This document shows, in pieces, positions 31,778 to 41,778 of a DNA stretch of 64,000 bases. Made by a program: the position numbers and the translations under genes. The DNA comes from an uncultured Acidimicrobiia bacterium (GTDB taxonomy: Bacteria; Actinomycetota; Acidimicrobiia; Acidimicrobiales; AC-14), in assembly GCA_963836205.1 (NCBI GenBank), contig CAWIIV010000014.1, positions 128,001 to 192,000 on the forward strand, read 5' to 3'. Every line of letters begins with the position of its first letter. Positions within the stretch are counted from its first letter, which is position 1. The notes below the pieces were generated by a model. The model did not search any database. It saw only the letters and a list, made by a program, of their open reading frames with translations, and was not told the origin of the DNA.

Positions 31778-32965
31778 ATGGGCTGGACGATCGTGGTGCG
31801 TCCCAAGGAGATGGAGGTCCTCCGCGCCTGCCGGCGCCAGTGGGACTTCGACAGCCGGCTGCGCCAGAACCTGGTTCCCATCAAGCCGCCGACGATGTTC
31901 GACTTCGACCTGGCCATGCATCAGGCCCTCGCCGTCTGGTACTTCCCGGCCATGGACGACTGGAGCCGGGTCATCGTGCGGCCGGTGGCGCTCAAGGGAT
32001 TCGAGCGCAAGATGCGCGAGGACCGCACCGCCTACGGCGACTACCACGAGATCACGCCCGAGATGGACGAGGAGTTCGAGAAGTACCTGAAGCTGGGTGA
32101 GGCCGTCCTCAGCCGCTACTTCGACTGGGCCACCACCGCCGACGACCTCGACTCGATCCTGGCCGACGAGGACATCTGGACCGCGGTCCCCGACCCCGAC
32201 AACCCCGAGAACGACCTCGGATCGGTCGACCTGAAGCGGGAGATCCGCTACTTCGGGCGGGTCGACCAGGTGATGTCCACCCCCGACGACGAGTACTGGG
32301 TGGTCGACCACCGGATCGTGTGGGACAACTTCACCGACGAGGACGACCTGCTCGACGACACCCGCACCCTGCTCGGCCAGCGGGCGCTGGAGATCGCCTA
32401 CCCCCAGCTGCGCATCGCCGGCACCGTCTACAACGAGCTGCGCATCGGGCGCGACGAGCTCGAGGGGGCGGCCCCGTCGCCCGAGCCCGCGGGTGAGGAC
32501 ATCCGCGACCACTCCAAGGGCGCCCGCCACATCAACTTCCGGCGGGTGGCGGCGGCGATCGAGAGCAAGTACACCGACGACGGCGCCGACCACGTGGTGC
32601 AGCGGGAGGGCAACGACTACATCCGGCGCACGTACATCACCCGGTCCCGGGCCACGCTCGAGCCCATCAGCCGGCGCATGGCCGAGGACGCCATCCTCGT
32701 CCGCGACGCCGACATCGAGATCTACCCCGACCCCTCGCCCGAGAAGTGCTCGGTCTGCCTGTTCGAGGTGCCGTGCAAGATGCTCGACGAGGGCCTCGAC
32801 ATCACCGAGTACATGGCCGTCCACTTCCGGCCCCGCACCGACGAGGAGTTCGACGAGGAGGGGCTGCGCTTCTCGCCCCGGCGCCAGGCCTACCGGGCGT
32901 CGCTCGGCGGCGTCCAGGAGCGGATGCAGAACGCGGCCAAGTGGCGCGGAGGCGGCGCCACCTAA
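31778..32965 (+). CDS. PD-(D/E)XK (Cas4/AddB-like) nuclease-family protein
   Basis: N-terminal CRRQW, GRVD..VVDHR core and C-terminal CxxCx5C (CSVCLFEVPC); strong coding-type codon bias. Confidence 0.75.
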   Translation: MGWTIVVRPKEMEVLRACRRQWDFDSRLRQNLVPIKPPTMFDFDLAMHQALAVWYFPAMDDWSRVIVRPVALKGFERKMREDRTAYGDYHEITPEMDEEFEKYLKLGEAVLSRYFDWATTADDLDSILADEDIWTAVPDPDNPENDLGSVDLKREIRYFGRVDQVMSTPDDEYWVVDHRIVWDNFTDEDDLLDDTRTLLGQRALEIAYPQLRIAGTVYNELRIGRDELEGAAPSPEPAGEDIRDHSKGARHINFRRVAAAIESKYTDDGADHVVQREGNDYIRRTYITRSRATLEPISRRMAEDAILVRDADIEIYPDPSPEKCSVCLFEVPCKMLDEGLDITEYMAVHFRPRTDEEFDEEGLRFSPRRQAYRASLGGVQERMQNAAKWRGGGAT

Positions 32966-32980
32966 CCGGGGACCGGAGCG

Positions 32981-35348
32981 TCAGCCGCGGATGCGGCCCC
33001 CGCACTGGGCCGCGACTGCGTCGATGCACGTCCGGCGCAGGGCCGCCAGTTCATCTTCGGTGAGGGTGTGGTCGAGGGCGGAAAAGCGCAGGTGGAAGGC
33101 CAGGCTGCGGGTGCCGGGGTCGACGCCGGGCCCCCGGTAGACGTCGAACAGCTCGACGGTCTCGAGGAGGTCGCCGGCCGCGGTGCGCAGGGTGCGCTCG
33201 ACGTCGCCCGCGGGGACACCTTCGTCGACCACCAAGGCGAGGTCGATGTCGGCCGACGGGAAGCGGCTGATGGGTCGGTAGGTCGACGGGCGGCGAGCGG
33301 TTTGGTCCAGGAGCAGGCCCAGGTCGACCTCGATCCATCCCACCGGGCCGTCGAGCTGGTGGGCGGCCAGCACGCCGGGATCGACCTCGCCCACCGCGCC
33401 GAGGACGAGGCCGTCGCCCGCGACCAGCCCCGCGGTGCGGGTGGGGTGGAGGCCGGCGCGGGTGGTGACCTGCAAACGCACGTCGTCGAGGCGGAGGCCC
33501 GCGGCCAGGCCCCGCCAGGTGCGGACCGCCTCGGCCGCGTCGCGCCCGGCCAGCATCACCGCCAGGTGCTCGGGCTCGGGGGGCAGCCGTTCGCCGTCTT
33601 CCGGGGGCAGGAAAACATGGCCGATCTCGAAGAGGGCGACGTCGGGCCGGCGATGATTGGCGTTGGTGACGAGCGCCTTGAGCAGGCCGGGTAGGAGCGA
33701 CGGGCGCAGGATGGACTCCTCCGCCGCCAGCGGGTTCTCCACCTCGACGAAGGCGGGGGGCAGGCCCGCCCGGGCCAGGTCGTCGGGGGCGAGGAACGAG
33801 GTGGCCCACGCCTCCGACAGCCCGGCGCCGACGAGGATGTCGGCCACCGTGCGCCGGTCGCGCTGGTACGGGTTGAGCCTCCCCACGGTGGCCACCGGCG
33901 GGCGGGTGCGGGGGATGCGGCTGTACCCGTGGTGGCGGGCCACCTCCTCGACGACGTCGATCTCCCGCTCGCTGTCGGGCCGCCACGACGGGATGGTGAC
34001 GGCGAACGTGCCGTTGGCGCTCGGCCCCGTCCTGAAGCCGATCGGCTCCAGGTACTCGCGGACCTGGTCGGACGACAGGTCGGTGCCGAGGATGGCATTG
34101 ACCCGGGCCGTGCGGACGGGAACGGTGACGGGAGCGGGCAGGTGCTCGGCATCGGTGACGTCGACGATGCCGCCGACGACCTCGCCTCCCGCGATGGTGG
34201 TGAGGAGCTGGGCGAAACGAGCCGCGGCCCGGGCGGCACCCTCGGGGTCGACGCCCCGCTCGAATCGCACCGACGCCTCCGAGCGCAGGCCCAGGCGCTT
34301 CGACGTGCGGGCGATGGCCTCGGGCCGGAACCAGGCCGACTCCAGCAGGACGGTGGTGGTGGCGTCGGAGATCTCCGACGACGCTCCGCCCATGATCCCG
34401 CCGACGCCTACGGGCGTGCCCTCGGCGTCGCAGATGAGGCAGTCGTCGGGACCGACGTGGCGGACGACCTCGTCGAGCGTGACGATCGTCTCCCCCGGCC
34501 GACCCCGCCGGACGAGGAGTCCTCCACCCGGGAGGCGGTCGAGGTCGTAGGCGTGGTTGGGCTGGCCCAACTCGAGCATCACGTAGTTGGACACGTCGAC
34601 CACGTTGCTGATCGGGCGCATCCCGGCCAGAACGAGACACCCCGCCAGCCACCTCGGCGACGGGCCGACGGTGATCCCCCGGATCACGGTGCCGGTGAAG
34701 CGGGCCGAGAGATCGGCGGCCTCGACCACGACGGTGGCCGGGGACGGGCCGTCGCCCAGGGCCGGTGGGTCGGGGATGGCGAAGGGCAGGCGGTAGTGGG
34801 CGGCCAGGTCTCGGGCCACGCCCGCCACCGACATCGCGTCGGGGCGGTTGGGGGTGATGTCGAGGTCGAAGACGACGTCGGGCCGGATGCCGAGGGCGTC
34901 GGCGAGGGCCATGCCGGGGGCGGCGCCGTCGGCCTCCACGATCATGATCCCGGAGTGATCGTCGGCCAGGCCGAGCTCGGAGGGGGAGCACAACATCCCC
35001 TCCGACCACTGCCCCCGCACCTTGCGGCGGGCGATCTCCATGCCGTTCGGGAGGCGGGCGCCGATGGTGGCCAGCGGCACGAGGTCGCCGGGCCCGAAGT
35101 TGAACGCCCCGCACACGATCTGCCGCGTCGCCCCGTCGCCGGCGTCGACCTCCACCAGCTGCACCTTGTCGGCGTCGGGGTGCGACCGAGGTGGCCATCA
35201 CCCGAGCCACGATCACCCCGTCGAGCCCCTCCCCCACCCGCTCCACGCCCTCGACGACCAGCCCCAACTCCGACAACGACGACGCCAGGTCGTCCACATC
35301 GTCGCCAAACGGCGCGAAGTCACGCAGCCAGGAGAGGGGAACCTTCAC
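32981..35348 (-). CDS. pheT: Phenylalanine--tRNA ligase beta subunit (1-nt frameshift ~35185)
   Basis: MKVPLSWL N-terminus in one frame; HPDADKVQ, ITPNRPD and RFERGVD in the next frame. Confidence 0.95.
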
Positions 35349-35451
35349 GCCCGCGCCCCTCCCGCGATTCGGATCACTCCAAGCGGGGTGATCGGAGCCG
35401 AAACCGCCGGATCCACCCCGCTCCGGGAGCACGAAACGATCGCCGCCGCCA

Positions 35452-36477
35452 TCAGAACTGTTCCAGGAAGCGGATGTCGTTCGAGATGAAGTGGCGGATG
35501 TCGTCGACGTCGTGGCGGAGCATGGCGCAGCGGTCGATCCCGAAGCCGAAGGCGAAGCCCTGCCACTCCTCGGGGTCGATACCGACGGCCTCGAACACGT
35601 TGGGGTCGACCATCCCGCAGCCGCCCAGCTCGATCCAGCCCGACTGCGAGCACACCCGGCACCCCTTGCCCTCGCAGAAGATGCACGTCACCTCGAACTC
35701 GGCCGAGGGCTCGGTGAACGGGAAGTACGACGGCCGCAGCCGGGACGTGATGTTGGGCCCGAAGTAGGCGGTGGTGAAGGCCTCGATGGTGCCGGCCATG
35801 TCGCCGAACGTGATCCCCCGGTCGACCACCAACCCCTCGATCTGGTGGAAGACGGGCAGGTGGCGGGCGTCGGGCGTGTCGCGGCGGTAGGTGCGGCCGG
35901 GGGCGACGATGTAGATCGGCGGCGGCTGCGACGTCATCACCCGGATCTGTACCGGCGACGTGTGGGTGCGTAGCAGGGTCGACTCGGGCTGGCCCAGCTT
36001 CACGTAGAGGGTGTCCCACATCCCCCGGGCGGGGTGGGCGGGGGGCATGTTGAGGGCCTCGAAGTTGTGCCAGTCGGTCTCCACCTCGGGGCCTTCGGCC
36101 ACCGAGTAGCCCATGCCGACGAAGACGTCCTCCAGCTGGCGGCGGGTCTGGTTGACCAGGTGGAGGTGGCCCCGGGGCGTCGCGCCCACCACCTCGGTGA
36201 GGTCGAGCCGGTCGGCGTGCAGACGCCGGTGCCGGTCGGCCGCCTCCAGCACCGCCCGCCGCTCGTCGATCGCGGCCGTCAGTGCCTGGCGGACGGCGTT
36301 GATGGCCCGGCCCGCGTCCTTGCGCTCCTCGGCCGGCATCGCCCCCAACTGCTGGTTGAGCCCGGAGAGGGCCGAGCGCTTGCCCAGCACCTCGGTGTCG
36401 ACGACCCGCAGCTCATCGAGCGTGCCCGCGCCCGCGATCCGGGCCAGACCCTTCTCCTCGACTTCCTCCGGCGTCAC
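35452..36477 (-). CDS. pheS: Phenylalanine--tRNA ligase alpha subunit
   Basis: LLRTHTSPVQ, FHQIEGL, YFPFTEPSAE, GFAFGFGIDR. Confidence 0.97.
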   Translation of the reverse strand: MTPEEVEEKGLARIAGAGTLDELRVVDTEVLGKRSALSGLNQQLGAMPAEERKDAGRAINAVRQALTAAIDERRAVLEAADRHRRLHADRLDLTEVVGATPRGHLHLVNQTRRQLEDVFVGMGYSVAEGPEVETDWHNFEALNMPPAHPARGMWDTLYVKLGQPESTLLRTHTSPVQIRVMTSQPPPIYIVAPGRTYRRDTPDARHLPVFHQIEGLVVDRGITFGDMAGTIEAFTTAYFGPNITSRLRPSYFPFTEPSAEFEVTCIFCEGKGCRVCSQSGWIELGGCGMVDPNVFEAVGIDPEEWQGFAFGFGIDRCAMLRHDVDDIRHFISNDIRFLEQF

Positions 36478-37547
36478 AGGAGCTCCTCGGGGACGGCCGT
36501 CGGGAGCGTGAAGCGGAACGTCGAGCCGACGCCCACCACCGACTCCACCACCAGCCGGCCGCCGTGGGCCTCGACCAGGCCTCGACTGATCCACAGGCCC
36601 AGGCCCGAGCCGGAGGGCCGGGTCTCGGCCCGCCGGTAGAACTTGGTGAACACGCGGGGCAGGTCGGACTCGGGGATGCCCTCGCCCTGGTCGACGACGG
36701 CCACCGTGACCTCGCCGTCGACGATCCGGCCCAGCACCCGCACGCCCTTGGGGTCGGCGTACTTGGCCGCGTTCTCCACCAGGTTGGTCAGCACCTGCTC
36801 GATCTTGTCGGGATCGGCGTAGACCTGCGGGAAATTTTCGTCGAAGTCGACCTCGGCACTCACCTCGGCCTCGATCATCCGTACCTTGTCGACCACCACC
36901 ACCACCAGCTTGGCCAGGTCGACCATCTGCCGGCGCAGCACAAGGCGGCCGCTCTCCAGCCGGCTGATGTCGAGCAGCTCGGTTACCAGGCGGGTGACGC
37001 GGTCGGCGTCGTGGTGCACCTGCTCCAGCATCATCAGCTTCTGCTCGTCGGCCAGCCGGTCCCAGCGGTTGAGGAGCAGGCTGGTGTAGCCCTTCACCGA
37101 CGTGAGGGGCGAGCGCAGCTCGTGGCTGACGGTGGAGATGACCTCGATGCCCTGGGCCGCCGCCTGCCGGCGGCGGGTGCCGTCGCGGAGCACCATCACT
37201 GCGCCCCGCACCCGACCGTCGGGCCCCCGCTCGTAGCGTCCGGTGAGCATCACCCGCACCTCGGTGCCGTCGGCCGCCCGCAGCCGCACCTCGTGTTCGG
37301 GGATGCGGGCCACCGACACCAACCGGGTCGACCGGTGCCACCCCTCGGCCAGCAGCCATTCCCCGTCGGCCCCCCGGGGGGCCAGGACCCCGTTGACGTC
37401 GCGGCCCACGATCTCGTCCGCCGGGTAGCCGAGGAGGGCGACGAACGCGGTGTTGACCGCCCGCACCCGGCGGTCGGCGTCGCACTCCAGCACGGCGTCG
37501 GGCAACCGGTCGAGCTCGTCCCGTCCGGACGGCACGGGAACGCTCAT
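36474..37547 (-). CDS. PAS-domain sensor histidine kinase
   Basis: PAS N-terminus, SHELRSPLT H-box, NLVENAAKY, DQGEGI, GSGLGL. Confidence 0.93.
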   Translation of the reverse strand: MSVPVPSGRDELDRLPDAVLECDADRRVRAVNTAFVALLGYPADEIVGRDVNGVLAPRGADGEWLLAEGWHRSTRLVSVARIPEHEVRLRAADGTEVRVMLTGRYERGPDGRVRGAVMVLRDGTRRRQAAAQGIEVISTVSHELRSPLTSVKGYTSLLLNRWDRLADEQKLMMLEQVHHDADRVTRLVTELLDISRLESGRLVLRRQMVDLAKLVVVVVDKVRMIEAEVSAEVDFDENFPQVYADPDKIEQVLTNLVENAAKYADPKGVRVLGRIVDGEVTVAVVDQGEGIPESDLPRVFTKFYRRAETRPSGSGLGLWISRGLVEAHGGRLVVESVVGVGSTFRFTLPTAVPEELL

Positions 37548-38344
37548 GTGGCGCGCTGGCGGGCCGCCTCGAAGCACAGGACGGCGGCGGCCATTCCGAC
37601 GTTGAGCGAGTCCCCCCGCCCGGCCATGGGGATGGTCACCGTCTCGTCGACCAGCCGGTCGAGCGCCGCCGGCAGGCCGGCGGCCTCGTTGCCGAGGACG
37701 ATGGCGGTGGGACGGGCCAGGTCGGCCTGGTGGTACGCCTGCCCGCCTGCGGGCCGGGTGGCCATGCGGTGCAGTCCCCACTCGCCCAGCGTCGCCAGCA
37801 CCTCCTCGGGCTCCCCTCCTGCAACGACACGGACGTGGAACAGCGAACCTGCCGACGCCCGGACGGTCTTCGGGTTGTAGACGTCGACGGTGCCGTCACA
37901 GCAGATTACCCCGCCCACCCCCGCTGCCTCCGCCGTACGCAGCACCGTGCCCAGGTTGCCGGGATCGCGGACGTCGACGCACACCACCACCAGGTCGGCC
38001 CCCCGCAGGGTGTCGAGGGCGACGTCGACGTACGGGGCGACGGCCAGCACCGGCTGGGGAGTGACCGTGCCCGCCACCCGCTCCAGGACTCCCGGGCCCA
38101 GGTCGGACGCCCGGATGCCCGCGGCGAGGGCCCGTTCGACGACGGCGTTGTCGGCCCCTCCCGGGGGCAGGTAGAGCGACTCGATGGCCGCGCCCGCGGC
38201 GAGGGCGGCGTCGAGGACCTTCAGGGAGTCGACCACGAACGCCCGCTCCGCCTCGCGGGCGGTGTGGCGTTGCACCAGCTTCCGCACCCGCTGCACCCGC
38301 TTGTGCTTGAACCCCAGCCCGTTCCCCGGGAGGGGGGCGGTCAC
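37544..38344 (-). CDS. TrmH/SpoU family RNA methyltransferase
   Basis: DPGNLGTVLRTA, GNEAAGL, SLNVGMA. Confidence 0.93.
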   Translation of the reverse strand: MTAPLPGNGLGFKHKRVQRVRKLVQRHTAREAERAFVVDSLKVLDAALAAGAAIESLYLPPGGADNAVVERALAAGIRASDLGPGVLERVAGTVTPQPVLAVAPYVDVALDTLRGADLVVVCVDVRDPGNLGTVLRTAEAAGVGGVICCDGTVDVYNPKTVRASAGSLFHVRVVAGGEPEEVLATLGEWGLHRMATRPAGGQAYHQADLARPTAIVLGNEAAGLPAALDRLVDETVTIPMAGRGDSLNVGMAAAVLCFEAARQRAT

Positions 38345-38354
38345 GGGGTCCGGC

Positions 38355-38813
38355 TCACGATGCGGCGGTGGCCTCCGCGTCGGCGCTGTCCTCGGTGTCG
38401 GTGTCACCGGTGTCCGCGGCGTCGGCCGTGGCGGCGGTCTCCCGGTCGGCGGAGGCCTTGGCGTTGCCTGCCTCGGCCGTCTTGACCAGGGCGGCGAAGG
38501 CGACGTCGTCGCGGACGGCCAGGTCGGCGAGGATCTTGCGGTCGACCTCGACCCCGGCCTCGCGGAGCCCGGAGATGAAGCGGCTGTAGCTCATCCCGTG
38601 CTGGCGGGCACCGGCGTTGATGCGTTGGATCCAGAGCTGGCGGAAGTCGCCCTTGCGGGCCCGGCGGTCGCGGAAGGCGTACTGCAGGGAGTGCATCACC
38701 TGCTCGTTGGCCGCCTTGTACGAGCGGCTCTTGTTGCCGTAGTACCCCTTGGCCGCCTCGAGGACTGCGCGGTGGTGCTTCCGACCGTGGACGGCGCGCT
38801 TGACCCTGGCCAT
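38355..38813 (-). CDS. rplT: 50S ribosomal protein L20
   Basis: [28 protein letters not shown]. Confidence 0.98.
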   Translation of the reverse strand: MARVKRAVHGRKHHRAVLEAAKGYYGNKSRSYKAANEQVMHSLQYAFRDRRARKGDFRQLWIQRINAGARQHGMSYSRFISGLREAGVEVDRKILADLAVRDDVAFAALVKTAEAGNAKASADRETAATADAADTGDTDTEDSADAEATAAS

Positions 38814-38866
38814 GGGCGTTCCTACCTTTCTTTCTTCGGGGGGAGTCTGTCGGGGAGAGCTGGGGG

Positions 38867-39061
38867 CTAGAGGCCCAGGAGCCGCTTGACCTGCGCCTTG
38901 TCGCCGCCCGTGACCTCGGCCGGGCGGGCCAGGCGACGGGTGCGGACGGAGGACTTCTTCTCGAGGATGTGGGCCCGGTAGGCCTTGCGGCGCATGATCT
39001 TGCCGGTGCCGGTCACCTTGAACCGCTTGGCCGCTCCGCGGTGGGTCTTCATCTTCGGCAT
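38867..39061 (-). CDS. rpmI: 50S ribosomal protein L35
   Basis: [21 protein letters not shown]. Confidence 0.98.
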   Translation of the reverse strand: MPKMKTHRGAAKRFKVTGTGKIMRRKAYRAHILEKKSSVRTRRLARPAEVTGGDKAQVKRLLGL

Positions 39062-39096
39062 TGGTTCAGCTCTTCCCTCGTGTGTATGTGCGGCTG

Positions 39097-39711
39097 TCAG
39101 GTCTGGCCGTTGCCGGCCGCCGCCGTGCCCTGGTCCTGCTCGTGCGGGTGCTCGTCGTGCTCGTGGGACTTGGCCTGGCTGGCCTGGCGAGCCCGACGGT
39201 CGGGGGCCAGCACCATGATCATGTTGCGCCCGTCGAGCTTGGGTGCGGCCTCGACCTTGGCCGTCGGGAGCTGCTCGGCGATGCGGTCGAGAATGCGCTT
39301 CCCCAGCTCGGGGTGGGCGACTTCACGGCCTCGGAACATGATCGTGATCTTGACCTTGTGACCCTGGTCGATGAACTCGCCGACCTTGCGGGTCTTGGTG
39401 TCGAAGTCACCGCCGCCGATCTTGGGCCGGTACTTCATCTCCTTGATGGCTGCGTTGGTGGCCTTCCGCCGTGACTCCTTCTCGCGCTGAGCGGCCTCGT
39501 ACTTCCACTTCCCGTAATTGAGGATGCGGCAGACGGGCGGATCGGCGAGAGGTGCCACTTCCACCAGGTCGAGCTCCAAGTCACGGGCGATGGACAGCGC
39601 CTCGGGCAACGGCTTGATGCCCAACTGGTTGCCATCGGGGTCGACGAGACGAACTTCTCGCGCCCGGATCCGGTCATTGATCCTGGGGTCGCCACTCTCC
39701 GGTGCAGCTAT
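39097..39711 (-). CDS. infC: Translation initiation factor IF-3 (non-canonical ATA start inferred)
   Basis: [14 protein letters not shown] lies upstream of the track's start. The ATA follows a GAGGAG SD, with an in-frame TGA three codons earlier. Confidence 0.95.
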   Translation of the reverse strand: MAAPESGDPRINDRIRAREVRLVDPDGNQLGIKPLPEALSIARDLELDLVEVAPLADPPVCRILNYGKWKYEAAQREKESRRKATNAAIKEMKYRPKIGGGDFDTKTRKVGEFIDQGHKVKITIMFRGREVAHPELGKRILDRIAEQLPTAKVEAAPKLDGRNMIMVLAPDRRARQASQAKSHEHDEHPHEQDQGTAAAGNGQT

Positions 39712-39922
39712 GCGGCATCACTCCTCATGCAGAACGGTTACGGACTTCAAACGCGTACAGAGGCGGACGTCGAGGAAGCGACGCCCGCCTCAGCGGTCGA
39801 TCGACCTGGACGCACCGGTGCGATCGCTCTGTACCTCGATCGGTGGTGGCCGGGTGGGGGCCGGTCGCATCTCTGCCGTAGGCCCCGCTTCCGTTCTTCA
39901 GTTGTCTGGTTAGGGTAGCAGC

Positions 39923-40342
39923 ATGAGTTCGATCTGGACACCGTCGGGGGAGCGCCCAGTCGGTCGACCGGAGCCCGAACCGGCTCCCCGACCCCAGCCC
40001 CGAGGAGCTCCCGCCGGCCCCGACGACCTCACCGACGAGGAGATGGCGGAACAGATGCTGCTCATGCAGCAGCAGGTCCTGTCCACCCCGGCGGCGGTCG
40101 TCGTGGCCAACCACGCCATGGCCCTGTTCGAGCTGGCCGCCCTCTACCTGAGCCCCGAGCCGCCCCAGCTCGACGACGCCCAGGTGGCAATCGACGCCAT
40201 GGCCGCCGTCATCGACGCCGTCGGACCCCGCTTCGGCCCCAACGAGCGACCCCTGCGCGAGGGCCTGGCCCAGCTGCGCATGGCCTTCGTCGAGGCCAAG
40301 TCCCACGCCACGCCGCCGCCGCCGACGTCGCCGCCGACGTAG
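39923..40342 (+). CDS. DUF1844-like hypothetical protein
   Basis: MSSIWTPSGE..LFELAALYL..AQVAIDA..LAQLRMAFV; divergent from infC. Confidence 0.7.
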   Translation: MSSIWTPSGERPVGRPEPEPAPRPQPRGAPAGPDDLTDEEMAEQMLLMQQQVLSTPAAVVVANHAMALFELAALYLSPEPPQLDDAQVAIDAMAAVIDAVGPRFGPNERPLREGLAQLRMAFVEAKSHATPPPPTSPPT

Positions 40343-40357
40343 GAACCGCCCGCCGCC

Positions 40358-40405
40358 TTCGTGGGCATGAAAAGGGGCGTCTGGCGCACCTTTTCGTACC
40401 CAGGA
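40358..40405. terminator. Hairpin between convergent genes
   Basis: TGGGCATGAAAAGG...CCTTTTCGTACCCA inverted repeat. Confidence 0.55.
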
Positions 40406-40417
40406 ACGACCGTGCCT

Positions 40418-41296
40418 CTAGTGCACGATCTTGGAGATCGGCAGCTCGATGATGTCGCTGGCGCCGGCGTCCTTGAGGGCGGGGATGAGGGTGTTGATCT
40501 CGGCCTTGGGGACGACGGTCTCCACCGCGTAGTCGGTGCCCCCGAAGAGCTGCGACACGGTGGGCGCCTTGAGCGAGGGCAGCATCTTGATGACCCGGTC
40601 GAGGTCGGCCTCGCCCACGTTGACCTTCACCAACACCCGGCCCCGGGCCTCGAGTGTGCCCTGGAGCAGGGTGTGGAGCTGGGCCATGGCGTGGCGCTTG
40701 GCCGGGTCGTCGTAGGCCAGCGGGTTGGCGATGAGCTCGGTGTAGCTGACCAGGATCGTCTCGATCACCTTCAGCCCCGCCGCCCGTAGCGCCCGGCCGG
40801 TCTCGGTGATCTCCACCACCGCGTCGGCGATGTCGGGCACCTTGGCCTCGGTGGCGCCGTACGACAGGCGGATGTCGGGCCGGGTGACGCCGTTCTTCTC
40901 CAGGTACTGGCGGGTGAGGCGGGGGTACTCGGTGGAAACCCGCAGGTCGGGGGGCAGGTCGCCCACCGAGTCGAAGGGGGAGTCGCCGGCCACGGCCAGC
41001 ACGATCTTGACCGGGCGGGCGGTGGCCTTGGAATAGTGGAGCTGGCCGAGGGAGACGACGTCGGCACCGGTCTCCTCGATCCAGTCCCGGCCGGTGATCC
41101 CGATGTCGAACAGGCCCTCGGCCACGTAGGTGGGAATCTCCTGGGGGCGCAGGATGCGGACGTCGACGATGCGGGGGTCGTCGATGGTGGCCCGGTAGTC
41201 GACCGACGACGACCGGTTGACCGCCAGGTCGGCCGACTCGAACAGCTCGAGGGTGGCCTTCTCCAGGGAACCTTTGGGGAGGACGAGGCGCAGCAC
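40418..41296 (-). CDS. hisG: ATP phosphoribosyltransferase (long form)
   Basis: LPKGSL, DIGITGRDW, SYGATE, EITETG and a C-terminal regulatory domain. Confidence 0.95.
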   Translation of the reverse strand: MLRLVLPKGSLEKATLELFESADLAVNRSSSVDYRATIDDPRIVDVRILRPQEIPTYVAEGLFDIGITGRDWIEETGADVVSLGQLHYSKATARPVKIVLAVAGDSPFDSVGDLPPDLRVSTEYPRLTRQYLEKNGVTRPDIRLSYGATEAKVPDIADAVVEITETGRALRAAGLKVIETILVSYTELIANPLAYDDPAKRHAMAQLHTLLQGTLEARGRVLVKVNVGEADLDRVIKMLPSLKAPTVSQLFGGTDYAVETVVPKAEINTLIPALKDAGASDIIELPISKIVH

Positions 41297-41301
41297 CGTG
41301 G

Positions 41302-41778
41302 TCAGCCTCCAGCCTTGGGCAGCTGGCGCAGGAGGTCGGCCATCTCCACCGCCGCCACCGCCGAGTCGTGGCCCTTGTGGCCGTGGGGGCCGCCCGCCCG
41401 GGCCATCGCCTGCTCCAGGGTGTCGGTGGTGAGCACGCCCAGGACGACGGGCACGCCGGTGTCGAGCTGCACCCGCTGGCAGCCGGCAGCGGCCTGTCCG
41501 CCGACGTGGACGTGGTGGTCGGTCTCGCCCCGGATGACCGCCCCCAGGCAGATGACCGCGTCGTGGTCGCCCGCCGACGCCAGCCGCTGGGCGACCAGAG
41601 GCAGCTCGAAGGCGCCCGGGACGTGGGCCACGGTGATCGACGCCTCGTCGACGCCGAGCTCCGCCAGCCGGGCCAGCGTCCCCTCCAGGAGCAGGCCGGT
41701 GACCAGCTCGTTGAACCGGCTCACCACCACGCCGATGCGCAGGCCCTCGCCCCGGCGGGATCCCTCGTACGTGGTCAT
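41302..41778 (-). CDS. ribH: Lumazine synthase
   Basis: [21 protein letters not shown]. Confidence 0.96.
   Translation of the reverse strand: MTTYEGSRRGEGLRIGVVVSRFNELVTGLLLEGTLARLAELGVDEASITVAHVPGAFELPLVAQRLASAGDHDAVICLGAVIRGETDHHVHVGGQAAAGCQRVQLDTGVPVVLGVLTTDTLEQAMARAGGPHGHKGHDSAVAAVEMADLLRQLPKAGG

Noticed and set aside
32981-35348. pheT (and fmt, coaBC, ribE) as pseudogenes
   Set aside because: Core genes with a single indel and no other decay; sequencing error is more likely.
36474-37547. Orphan histidine kinase within the pheS operon
   Set aside because: To my knowledge a trmH-kinase-pheS arrangement recurs in actinobacteria, so it is not treated as novel.
38355-39200. Acidic tail on L20 and His/Glu-rich tail on IF-3
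   Set aside because: Low-complexity terminal extensions are common in actinobacterial translation proteins.
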